The notes beneath the pieces are model-generated. The model was not told where the DNA came from. It saw nothing but the letters and a program-made list of their open reading frames with translations, and did no database searches. A stretch of 64,000 bases of DNA. Source: Deltaproteobacteria bacterium. GTDB taxonomy: Bacteria; Desulfobacterota; Syntrophobacteria; BM002. The DNA lies in assembly GCA_019309045.1 (NCBI GenBank), contig JAFDGZ010000002.1, positions 79,435 to 143,434 on the forward strand, written 5' to 3'. Position numbers and translations under genes: made by a program. This document shows, piece by piece, positions 1 to 8,477 of this stretch. Position 1 is the first letter of the stretch. The number at the start of each line of letters is the position of its first letter.

Positions 1-1075
1 CTTTAATAATTTAGTTGACAACATAACTAATTGATATTAAATTGCAATATGCCTAGAACAGCACGAATTGATGTTCCAGGGCTTCTACATCATGTAATTA
101 TTCGTGGTATAGAGCGCCGGGAAATATTCCGCAAAGACAGAGACCGGGAAGATTTTATCCAAAGGCTCGAGGTGCTCTGCCCTGAGACCAAGACGAGCTG
201 TTATGCGTGGGCTTTTCTGTCTAATCATGCCCACTTTCTTTTTCGCACTGGAACGGTTCCACTGGCCACACTCATGAGGAGGCTTCTCACTGGCTATGTG
301 ATTGGCTTTAACCGTCGTCATGGACGTCATGGCCAGTTGTTTCAGAACCGCTACAAGTCCATTGTCTGCCAGGAAGACGCTTATCTTCTCGAACTAGTAC
401 GGTATCTCCACTTGAATCCTGTTAGGGCAGGCATTGTAAAAACCCTTGATGAATTAAAAAACTACAGATATAGCGGCCATAGTTCTCTCATGGGCGAGAT
501 CGAAAGGCAGTGGCAGGACAACGATTATGTTCTCGGCTATTTTGCAAGAAAGAAGACGCAAGCAAGAATAGAATATGAATCCTACGTTGAACAAGGCTTC
601 AGACAGGGCCGCAGAAAAGAACTGACAGGTGGCGGATTGATAAGGAGTCTTGGTGGTTGGACTGAAGAGCGGAAGATGTTGAAAGATCGTGATCATGTGA
701 TGAGCGATGAGCGAATTCTGGGCGATCCGGATTTTGTCGATGCAGTTATCTCACAATCTGAAGAACAATATGAGCGGAGGTATGAACTCAGAAGGCGAGG
801 ATACGACCTGAATCGTCTTGCCGAAAGGGTTGCAGAAGTCCTGGATATGGAACCGCATGAAGTTTTTTCGAGAGGACGGCAGGTGCAAAAAGTAAAGGCA
901 AGGAGTCTGCTCTGTTTTTGGGCCGCACGAGAGCTGGGAATCTCGCATACAGAGTTGGCCAGGAAGTTGACCATGAGTCTTGCCGGTATTGGTTTTTCGG
1001 TGCAAAGGGGGGAGGCAATAGCCAGAGATGGCAACTATGAACTGCTAGATTAAGTTATTAAATTATTAAAGAGCG
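1..1075 (+). mobile_element. IS200/IS605-like insertion element (single HuH transposase ORF), possibly truncated by the window edge
   Basis: 12-bp inverted repeats CTTTAATAATTT (1-12) and AAATTATTAAAG (1060-1071) flank ORF 49..1053. Both flanks are AT-rich, unlike the surrounding GC-rich DNA. Confidence 0.4.
49..1053 (+). CDS. IS200-like Y1 (HuH) transposase with C-terminal DnaA-C-like helix-turn-helix domain
   Basis: HuH motif NHAHFLF and downstream NRYKS Tyr region. The C-terminal segment ARSLLCFWAARELGISHTELARKL resembles the DnaA domain IV HTH. ATG at 49 fits better than the upstream TTG at 31. Confidence 0.7.
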   Translation: MPRTARIDVPGLLHHVIIRGIERREIFRKDRDREDFIQRLEVLCPETKTSCYAWAFLSNHAHFLFRTGTVPLATLMRRLLTGYVIGFNRRHGRHGQLFQNRYKSIVCQEDAYLLELVRYLHLNPVRAGIVKTLDELKNYRYSGHSSLMGEIERQWQDNDYVLGYFARKKTQARIEYESYVEQGFRQGRRKELTGGGLIRSLGGWTEERKMLKDRDHVMSDERILGDPDFVDAVISQSEEQYERRYELRRRGYDLNRLAERVAEVLDMEPHEVFSRGRQVQKVKARSLLCFWAARELGISHTELARKLTMSLAGIGFSVQRGEAIARDGNYELLD

Positions 1076-1105
1076 TCCCCCTACTAGCCATTTTAGGAGG
1101 AGGGC

Positions 1106-2518
1106 ATGCGAAAAAAATCATTGATTGGCGGGATTTTCATATTGTTTGTTTTGTCCTATTCTCTTGCTGGTGTCGCCTGTGCCGCGCAATGGGCAAAGGC
1201 ATACGGTTATGGAAATTATACTGATGAGACAGCCTATTCAGTACAGCAGACCATTGATGGCGGTTTTATTGTAGCAGGGCTCAAGAAGACTTCCGGATCA
1301 AGTTCTTACCGTTACTGGATCGTAAAACTGACAGCAGAAGGCGTCATAGAGTGGGAAAAAGACTACATTAAGGGGGCCAATGTGCCTTTCAATATTGAAC
1401 TGATTGACAGAGATGGAGATGGCAAGAAGGACGACGGTTACATTTTTGCGGGAGTCTCTGATTTCTTTGGAGATTTTGGCTGGACCGACTTGTGGCTCGT
1501 CAGACTCGGCCTGACTGGGGATATAAAGTCCCAGGGCTACACTGGTGACGAGGGAGTGGACCAGGGGAGGTTCATTCAACAGACCTCTGATAGAAAATAT
1601 ATAATTGTGGGGAATACCAAGTCATTTGATGTTGACGAAATTGATATCTGGGTATACAGACTTGATCCTGACTCTGGTACCAGCTGGCAGGAAACAATTG
1701 GCGGAGCACAGGAAGATAAGGCAGTGTCGGTGAGAGAAACTTCTGACAAAGGTTATATAATTGCCGCGCAGAGCAACTCTTTTGGCTCGAGCAGCCTGGA
1801 TTGGGATTACTGGATAATAAAACTCAATCAGGACGGAAATGTGCAATGGCACAAAACTTACGGTGGCGACAAAACAGAGTATGTCAGTTCCATACAGCAG
1901 ACGGCTGATGGAGGTTACATAGTAGCGGGTTATAGTTCTTCATTTACGACCAGTTTTAATGGTTGGATCATAAAACTTGACGCCCAGGGCGCTATCCAAT
2001 GGCAGAAGGTCTATACGGGGGCGTATAGGGCCTATTCAATAGATCAGACCTCTGATGGCGGATACATCGTGGCGGGAACCTCCACTGATATGGACGCATT
2101 GATTATGAAGCTCTACTCTGATGGCACAATCGAGTGGCAGAAGACCTATGGGGGCAGCTCTCATGAAGAGGCGCATGCAATCCAGCAGACAGGTGATGGG
2201 GGTTACATAGCGGCCGGCTATACTGAGTCCTTCGGTGAGGGTGGGGGAACATCCTCTCCGAATTTCTGGGTCCTGAAGATTGACCACAATGGTGAGATTC
2301 CAGACTGTTCTGCCATGGGTACGCCCGGTGTAACCGCAAGTGATACGTCAATAACCCCTGGCACCCCGACAGAGATAAATGTACAGTCAGTGGCAACTGA
2401 GTGGCGGGATACCAGTATAACTCCGGCGGATACCGAGGTGGCAGCCAGTGAGGTCTGTTATCATAAGGGGCAAACAACGGGTTTTCTTCCAGCAGTCAAT
2501 ATGCTTCTTGCGGATTAA
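1106..2518 (+). CDS. secreted protein with 7-8 tandem ~50-aa repeats (W.KTYGG...QQT.DGGYIVAG...DYWIIKLD..G), probable beta-propeller
   Basis: N-terminal signal peptide (MRKKSLIGGIFILFVLSYSLAGVACAA). Strong RBS GGAGGAGGG 6 nt upstream. Regular repeat periodicity is visible in the translation. Confidence 0.7.
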   Translation: MRKKSLIGGIFILFVLSYSLAGVACAAQWAKAYGYGNYTDETAYSVQQTIDGGFIVAGLKKTSGSSSYRYWIVKLTAEGVIEWEKDYIKGANVPFNIELIDRDGDGKKDDGYIFAGVSDFFGDFGWTDLWLVRLGLTGDIKSQGYTGDEGVDQGRFIQQTSDRKYIIVGNTKSFDVDEIDIWVYRLDPDSGTSWQETIGGAQEDKAVSVRETSDKGYIIAAQSNSFGSSSLDWDYWIIKLNQDGNVQWHKTYGGDKTEYVSSIQQTADGGYIVAGYSSSFTTSFNGWIIKLDAQGAIQWQKVYTGAYRAYSIDQTSDGGYIVAGTSTDMDALIMKLYSDGTIEWQKTYGGSSHEEAHAIQQTGDGGYIAAGYTESFGEGGGTSSPNFWVLKIDHNGEIPDCSAMGTPGVTASDTSITPGTPTEINVQSVATEWRDTSITPADTEVAASEVCYHKGQTTGFLPAVNMLLAD

Positions 2519-2802
2519 AGTGCTGAATGACCACAGGGACGCTCTCCGATAATTTATGTACAGTTTAACTGGTTGATATTACAGAAGTAATATTCCAAGA
2601 ACGGCACGATTGCTTGCCATATTATTGAAGAGGCGTCCCTCTTTTCTCTTTCCTGAAGGCGGCTCTTTGTTCTCTTGGAGCCGTCTTTGGTTTTTCAGGT
2701 CTTCCCGGCTGAACGCTCGCCGCATAGAAGGCTTTTGCTTGAAGTTTTACCATGGTTGGGGTAGGTGAGCTAGTGCAAGATCAGGGAAGAGAGGATTCTC
2801 TA

Positions 2803-4185
2803 ATGAAGGTAGTCAAGATCGGCGGCTCGAGCCTGAAGGACAGCGGCAATATTGCCCATATCCTCGATCTCATTGGCAAGCGGGGTCGGGGCCACATTTT
2901 TGTGCTATCCGCCCTGAATGGTGTGACTGACATGCTCCTTGCCTCCATGAGCGACGCTTTGCAGAATGAAGGGAATATTCCAGGCATTCTCGGCAGACTG
3001 CAAGAAAAGCACTGGAGGTTGGCTCAACAACTGGCCCCGGGAAAGGAGAGAATAAGAAAGATCCAGCGCCTCATGAGGCCCTGCTTTGAGGAACTGGAGC
3101 GCTTCTACTACGGACTGAATTTCACCCGGGAGATTACGCCGAGACTGCGAGACGTGATCAGCAGCTATGGAGAACAACTGGCTGTGCAGCTGCTCTTCGG
3201 CCTTCTCGGCAGCAGAGGCGTGGAAGTGAGCTACCGTCTGTCGCAGCATATTGGTCTGATTACTGACGGCAAATTCGGTGATTCCACGGTGAAGCTCAAA
3301 CAGACGGCGGCAAATCTGCAGGACCATTTGCTGCCCCTGGTGGCTAAGGGAAGAATTGTCCTGCTTCCTGGATTCTACGGCATAAGTGAAGACGGTGACA
3401 TTACCACTTTTGGACGAGGTGGCAGTGATTACGCGGCGGCTGCCATCGCAGTGGCCCTGGGAGCGGACATTCTGGAGATCTGGAAAGATGTTCCAGGGTT
3501 CATGAGTTCTGATCCCAAAATTGTGCCGGAAGCGCAGCTCATTCCGGCGCTGTCCTACGAGGAAGCTGCGGAGCTGTCCTATTTCGGCGCCAGGATTCTC
3601 CATCCTCGCACTGTGGAGCCTCTGAGAAGATCTGGCCTGGAGATCGTCATCAAGAGCACCATGGACCCTGATGGCCCGGGCAGCGTCATCAAGGCGAGAA
3701 GCCCTCGCCCTAAACATGTGATCAAGAGCGTGGCCTATAATGCGCAGGTGGGTATTATCAAGGTTCACGCCTCCGGAGTGGGCGCTAGACCTGGAATCCT
3801 GGCCAGGGTTGCCGCCAGGATGACGGAGAGAGGCATCAACATCAAATCAGTGGTGACCTCCCAGACAAGCATTACCCTGCTGTTGGCGAGCGACGATCTG
3901 GAAGCTGGCTACCGCGCTTTGCAGACGCTGCGCCCCAGGCCTTATCGACGCCTGGAAAAAAACGATGATGTGGCCCTGGTGGGCATTGTGGGCGAGGGAC
4001 TGGCCAGACGCAAGGGCATTGCGGCCAGGTGCTTCGAGGCGGTGGCCAACTGTGGCGTAAATGTGGAGATGATCTCTTTTGGTCCATCAAGGGTTGCCCT
4101 CTACTTTCTGGTGCGCGCCAGGGACCTGCACAAGACAGTGGCCGCCATTCACAGCAGTTTTTTTTCAATTCCCAGATGCTTCTAA
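2803..4185 (+). CDS. aspartate kinase (monofunctional, two C-terminal ACT domains)
   Basis: Motifs KFGGSS-like MKVVKIGGSSL, GRGGSDYAAAAIAVALGADILEIWKDVPGF and YFGARILHP. ATG at 2803 has an RBS; the longer ORF from 2752 is unlikely. Confidence 0.9.
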   Translation: MKVVKIGGSSLKDSGNIAHILDLIGKRGRGHIFVLSALNGVTDMLLASMSDALQNEGNIPGILGRLQEKHWRLAQQLAPGKERIRKIQRLMRPCFEELERFYYGLNFTREITPRLRDVISSYGEQLAVQLLFGLLGSRGVEVSYRLSQHIGLITDGKFGDSTVKLKQTAANLQDHLLPLVAKGRIVLLPGFYGISEDGDITTFGRGGSDYAAAAIAVALGADILEIWKDVPGFMSSDPKIVPEAQLIPALSYEEAAELSYFGARILHPRTVEPLRRSGLEIVIKSTMDPDGPGSVIKARSPRPKHVIKSVAYNAQVGIIKVHASGVGARPGILARVAARMTERGINIKSVVTSQTSITLLLASDDLEAGYRALQTLRPRPYRRLEKNDDVALVGIVGEGLARRKGIAARCFEAVANCGVNVEMISFGPSRVALYFLVRARDLHKTVAAIHSSFFSIPRCF

Positions 4186-4387
4186 ACCACCCTTGTTCCG
4201 CCTTGTTCTACCGAGTTAGCTTTATGGGCGATGCCACCCTGTTGCGGTTGTCAGCAAGAAAAAAGGTAACATTCATCTCACCAGGGCGACTAACTGAAAA
4301 TTGGCAGATACGGCTTCCATAGAATGGCGGCCAGGAGACCCAGGCGATCTCTGCTTGCTGAAGAACCTGCCAAATGGGGAGGCTAGA

Positions 4388-5857
4388 ATGGCAAAATTCG
4401 ATTTCGATATAGGCATAATCGGCGGCGGGGCAGCTGGTCTGACTGTAACTGCTGGGGCGGCACAGCTGGGCGCCAGGACACTTCTGCTGGAGCGGGAGGA
4501 GCACCTGGGCGGCGACTGCCTGCACTATGGCTGTGTTCCAAGCAAGACCCTGATCCGGACTGCGCAAATCTATCATGCCATAAGAAGAGCCCCGGAATTT
4601 GGTTTGCCCAAGGTAGAGGTCCCTCGGGTAAACTTCAGGGATGTGGCCGCCAGAATTCAACAGGTGATTGCCGCCGTGCAGCAGCATGACTCTCGCGAGA
4701 GATTCTGCCAGCTCGGGGCAAGAGTTGAAATTGGCAGGGCCAGGTTTACTGACGAACACACCGTGCAGGTAGATGGCAAAAAGTACACGGCGAAGACCTG
4801 GGTGATTGCCACAGGTTCATCTCCAGCCAGGCCGCCAATTGATGGTCTGCAAAGCACGCCATTTATCACTAACCGAGAAATTTTCTCGCTCGAGCAACTG
4901 CCAGAGTCGCTGCTGATCGTGGGTGGCGGGCCCATTGCCATTGAGATGGCCCAGGCTTTCAGCCGTCTGGGCAGCACGGTAACGGTTGTGCAGAGAAGCG
5001 GCCAGATCCTGACCAGAGAAGACAGAGATCTGGCTGATGAGGTGATGCAGATTCTTGGCCAGGAGGGAGTGAGGTTTTATCTGGATTCCACTGTACTTGG
5101 CGTCAGAAATGCTGGCAACAGACGGCAGCTGACCATAAGAGACAATCGCAACGAGGAAGTCGAGCTCTACGGGGACACCATTCTGGTTGCCACCGGCAGG
5201 CAGGCCAATGTTGCTGGCCTAGACCTGAAGGGACTCGGCATAGAATTCACACACCAGGGGATCACGGTGGACAGGCGACTGCGCACGACGCACAAGCATA
5301 TCTATGCGGCAGGCGATGTCACAGGCCGCTACCAGTTCACCCACGCTGCCGGCTACGAGGGCGGCATAGTGGTGAGCAACGCCATTTTCAGATTGCCCCG
5401 GAAGGTAAACTATACTCTTCTTCCCTGGTGCACCTATACGGACCCAGAACTTGCCAGCATGGGTATGAATGAGAAGGCGGCTGCTGCGGCAGGGGTCAAG
5501 TACTCCCTGTGGGTGGAGGAATTCAGGAACAATGACCGCAGCCTGGCAGAGGGAGAGACCAGGGGGAAGATCAAACTCGTTCTCGACGAAAAGGAAAAGC
5601 CAATAGGGGTGCAGATCCTGGGGCCGCAGGCAGGTGAACTGCTCAGCGAGTGGGTGGCCGCTCTGCACGGCAAGGTAAAGCTTGCTACGCTCGCTGCAGC
5701 AATGCATCCGTATCCCACCCTGGCTGAGATCAACAAGAAGGTTGCGGCAGCTTTTTTCAGTACCAAGATATTCTCCGACCGGGTGAAAAAGGGTTTGCAA
5801 TTCTTTTTCAGCCTCAAGGGGAGAGCATGCGGCGACACGGTGGCTTGTGAAAAGTGA
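4388..5857 (+). CDS. class I pyridine nucleotide-disulfide oxidoreductase (mercuric reductase / dihydrolipoamide dehydrogenase-like) with C-terminal Cys-pair extension
   Basis: FAD GGGAAG fingerprint, redox-active GGDCLHYGCVPSK, a second NAD(P) Rossmann motif VGGGPIAIE and a dimerisation domain. Extra C-terminal tail ends ...RACGDTVACEK. RBS GGGGAGG before ATG 4388. Confidence 0.85.
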   Translation: MAKFDFDIGIIGGGAAGLTVTAGAAQLGARTLLLEREEHLGGDCLHYGCVPSKTLIRTAQIYHAIRRAPEFGLPKVEVPRVNFRDVAARIQQVIAAVQQHDSRERFCQLGARVEIGRARFTDEHTVQVDGKKYTAKTWVIATGSSPARPPIDGLQSTPFITNREIFSLEQLPESLLIVGGGPIAIEMAQAFSRLGSTVTVVQRSGQILTREDRDLADEVMQILGQEGVRFYLDSTVLGVRNAGNRRQLTIRDNRNEEVELYGDTILVATGRQANVAGLDLKGLGIEFTHQGITVDRRLRTTHKHIYAAGDVTGRYQFTHAAGYEGGIVVSNAIFRLPRKVNYTLLPWCTYTDPELASMGMNEKAAAAAGVKYSLWVEEFRNNDRSLAEGETRGKIKLVLDEKEKPIGVQILGPQAGELLSEWVAALHGKVKLATLAAAMHPYPTLAEINKKVAAAFFSTKIFSDRVKKGLQFFFSLKGRACGDTVACEK

Positions 5858-5889
5858 TCTGAAGACTGGCAGCAAGAGAGGTGAGAATC

Positions 5890-6222
5890 ATGCAGACTTA
5901 CTATCATCCAGGAGACCTGTCCAAGTTTGAAGAAGTTGGCGAGGAAGCGCCGGAGCTGGCAAAGAAGTTTTTTGACTACTATGCAGCGGTATTTGCTGAG
6001 GGCGAGCTCAGTGAAAGGGAGAAGGCTCTCATTGCCCTGGCGGTTGCCCACACTATTCAATGTCCATATTGTATCGACGCATACACTCAGGCCTGTCTAG
6101 AGAAGGGCTCCAATTTGAGCGAGATGACGGAAGCGGTGCACGTGGCAGTGGCGATCCGCGGTGGAGCCTCCCTGGTCCATGGGGTGCAGATGCGCAATAT
6201 CGCCGGAAAAATCACCATGTAG
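5890..6222 (+). CDS. AhpD-like / carboxymuconolactone decarboxylase family protein (radical-SAM-partnered, arsenosugar-biosynthesis-associated peroxidase-like)
   Basis: CxxC motif in HTIQCPYCIDAYT, typical of the AhpD core. Size about 110 aa, immediately upstream of the radical SAM gene. Confidence 0.8.
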   Translation: MQTYYHPGDLSKFEEVGEEAPELAKKFFDYYAAVFAEGELSEREKALIALAVAHTIQCPYCIDAYTQACLEKGSNLSEMTEAVHVAVAIRGGASLVHGVQMRNIAGKITM

Positions 6223-6244
6223 TGTGCAAGAGGGGATTGCTGTT

Positions 6245-7237
6245 ATGGCTGGCGAAGGCATGCTGCGGACAATGACCGATGTGTGGGGAAGAGGGCGATC
6301 ATACCCGGCGCCTTTCCTGCAGACTCTGGCCCGTCATGGGCTGCAACTGCTGCGGGCAGAAACGAGCATTCTGCAGGTGAATGTGGGACTGCTCTGCAAC
6401 CAGGCGTGTCGCCACTGTCATCTGGAAGCGGGACCTGATCGCACTGAGGTGATGGACCGGGCAACGGCAAACGAGATAGTGGCCTATGCCGGGCGTGCTG
6501 GATTCCGGGTCGTTGACATTACAGGAGGAGCAGTGGAGCTCAACCCGCACATAGTGCCCTTTATAGGAGAACTTGCCAGAGTCGTCCCCAGGATCATGCT
6601 GCGCTCCAATCTCACTGCACTTGCCGATGGCAGCAGAGAGCATCTCATGCAGGTTTGCCAGGAGCACCGGGTGGCGATTGTCGCCTCGTTTCCTGCAGTT
6701 CACCAGGCCCAGACAGAAGCACAACGCGGCAAAGGTGTGTTCAAGAAGTCCATCGAAGTCCTGCAAAGATTGAACGCCATGGGATACGGACAACCTGATT
6801 CAGGTCTGGAGCTCGATCTGGTCTCCAATCCGGTCGGTGCTTTTCTGCCAGGATCTCAGAAAGAAGTGGAAGCAAGGTTTCGCCAGCTCCTGGCTCGCAA
6901 ATGGGGAATCGTTTTCAACAAGCTGTTTTCCTTTGCCAATGTTCCCCTGGGACGCTACCGCCAGTGGCTTGAGCGATCCGGGAACCTGGAGAGCTATCTG
7001 GCAAAGCTGGTAAACAGCTTCAATCCTTGTGCTGTAGATGGACTGATGTGCCGGACCCTGGTCTCCGTGTCCTGGCAGGGATATCTTTACGATTGTGATT
7101 TCAATCTTGCCAGGGGTATATACCTTGGGGGCAAGAGAGTCCACGTGTCAGAGCTGCAGCAGCCACCTCCGGCTGGCAGTCCTATTGCTGTCTCTGATCA
7201 TTGCTATACCTGCACGGCTGGTTCAGGATTTACCTGA
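6245..7237 (+). CDS. arsS: radical SAM / Cys-rich domain protein, ArsS-like; possible selenoprotein with read-through to 7258
   Basis: CNQACRHC (Cx3Cx2C) radical SAM cluster motif and C-terminal Cys-rich region (CAVDGLMC, CDFN, DHCYTC). RBS AAGAGGGG 8 nt before ATG 6245. Stops at TGA 7235, followed by in-frame GGAIET and then TAG. Confidence 0.8.
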   Translation: MAGEGMLRTMTDVWGRGRSYPAPFLQTLARHGLQLLRAETSILQVNVGLLCNQACRHCHLEAGPDRTEVMDRATANEIVAYAGRAGFRVVDITGGAVELNPHIVPFIGELARVVPRIMLRSNLTALADGSREHLMQVCQEHRVAIVASFPAVHQAQTEAQRGKGVFKKSIEVLQRLNAMGYGQPDSGLELDLVSNPVGAFLPGSQKEVEARFRQLLARKWGIVFNKLFSFANVPLGRYRQWLERSGNLESYLAKLVNSFNPCAVDGLMCRTLVSVSWQGYLYDCDFNLARGIYLGGKRVHVSELQQPPPAGSPIAVSDHCYTCTAGSGFT

Positions 7238-7247
7238 GGCGGTGCCA

Positions 7248-7270
7248 TTGAAACCTAGGTGGGGTTTTCA
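7248..7270 (+). promoter_or_regulatory. candidate bacterial SECIS-like stem-loop 11 nt downstream of UGA 7235
   Basis: Stem TTGAAACC / GGTTTTCA with an apical loop TAGGTGG containing GGU. Spacing from the UGA matches bacterial SECIS geometry. Confidence 0.3.
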
Positions 7271-7999
7271 CAAGGAGCAGCTTTGATACAGGAAGCCATA
7301 GCAAAACCTCAGTCAAGCCGCAGGCGGGCAATCCTGAAGGTGTCCTTTCTGGCTCTCTTCATAGTTACTGCTCTCATTATCGTGCGGTTCACGTCCATAA
7401 GGGATTATCTCACGGCTGACTCTCTGCAGTATTTCCTTGACAGGACGGGTTTCTGGGCCCCGGTCGCCTTCATTATTGTCTATGCGGTGGGCGTCTGCCT
7501 CTTTGTTCCTGGTACAGTGCTCACTGGACTGGGAGCGGCAATTTTTGGGCCATACTGGGGCTTCCTTTATGTGTGGCTCGGTGCAATGGCCGGGGCTACA
7601 ATGGCCTTTTTCATAAGCTGGAGCCTCGGCAGGGAGTTTGCCTCTTCCCTGGCCGGCAACAGGCTGAGGAAATACGATGAGGCCATTGAACGCAACGGCT
7701 TTGCCACGGTGCTCTACCTGCGGCTGGTCTATTTCCCCTTTACCCCGATGAATTTTGGCATGGGGCTGACAAGGGTGCGATTCTGGGACTACTTCTTCGG
7801 TACTGGCCTGGGAATCGTGGTGGGCACCTTTATTTTCACCTTTTTCATTGGCAACTTGAGGGAGATCTGGGCCCGGGGTGACTGGAGCGCGCTGTTTTCG
7901 GTAAAGATCTTCTTTTCAGTGGCGCTGTTCATTTTTTCCTTTTTCATCCCAAAGATCATCAAAAGAATAAAAAAAGAAGACAAGCAGATTACCTCTTGA
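7259..7999 (+). CDS. TVP38/TMEM64 (DedA superfamily) membrane protein
   Basis: Motifs FVPGTVLTGLGAAIFGPYWGF and YLRLVYFPFTPMNFGMGLT; multiple TM helices. Non-ATG start: GTG 7259, or TTG 7281 preceded by AGGAG. Confidence 0.8.
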   Translation: MGFSQGAALIQEAIAKPQSSRRRAILKVSFLALFIVTALIIVRFTSIRDYLTADSLQYFLDRTGFWAPVAFIIVYAVGVCLFVPGTVLTGLGAAIFGPYWGFLYVWLGAMAGATMAFFISWSLGREFASSLAGNRLRKYDEAIERNGFATVLYLRLVYFPFTPMNFGMGLTRVRFWDYFFGTGLGIVVGTFIFTFFIGNLREIWARGDWSALFSVKIFFSVALFIFSFFIPKIIKRIKKEDKQITS

Positions 8000-8435
8000 G
8001 GTGGCTCTGCTCATCTGCGCCAGCCTGCAGCTGCACAGGAAGTAACCATGAATTGGCAACAGGGCAGTCAGGCCTGCTGGAGCTGCAGGTGCTCGGGGTC
8101 GACTTGCGAGTACAGTAGGCAGCAACGCTGAAGGTCATTTGCTTGCCGAGGAAGCCCTATTATTGCCGTTATGGGTCAGAACTTTCCTGAGAAAGGGCTG
8201 CCAGAGAACGGTTTCATATAACCGAAACAGCGATGGGCAGCAGCCGTCAAACTTGCACCACAGATTAAGGGGGTGCAGGAAGTGTTGCAGTCTCGTTCTC
8301 ATAGGGGATGCTCCCAGTTTTACAGAGAGCAGTGCAGGAGCAGTGCCACATTGGGTAAAATGTGCAACCATATGTGATTATTGAGTTTATTGTCATAGAA
8401 GCAACAGGAAGCTCGCTAGAGACAAGGGCAGGATT

Positions 8436-8469
8436 GGCCTTTTGACCTAATGAATTTGGCCAAAAGGTC
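8436..8469 (-). terminator. stem-loop immediately downstream of the aap operon stop (GGCCTTTTGACC ... GGCCAAAAGGTC), no clear U-tract
   Basis: An 11/12 paired imperfect inverted repeat 9 nt past the stop of the ABC ATPase gene. Confidence 0.3.
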
Positions 8470-8477
8470 AGCTGGAG

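Noticed and set aside
2519-2802. Possible lysine (L-box) riboswitch upstream of aspartate kinase
   Set aside because: The 280-nt leader lacks the conserved L-box helices and AGAGGCGC/GGUGCC-type core motifs on inspection. It more likely contains REP-like GAGCGTCCC copies and a weak terminator.
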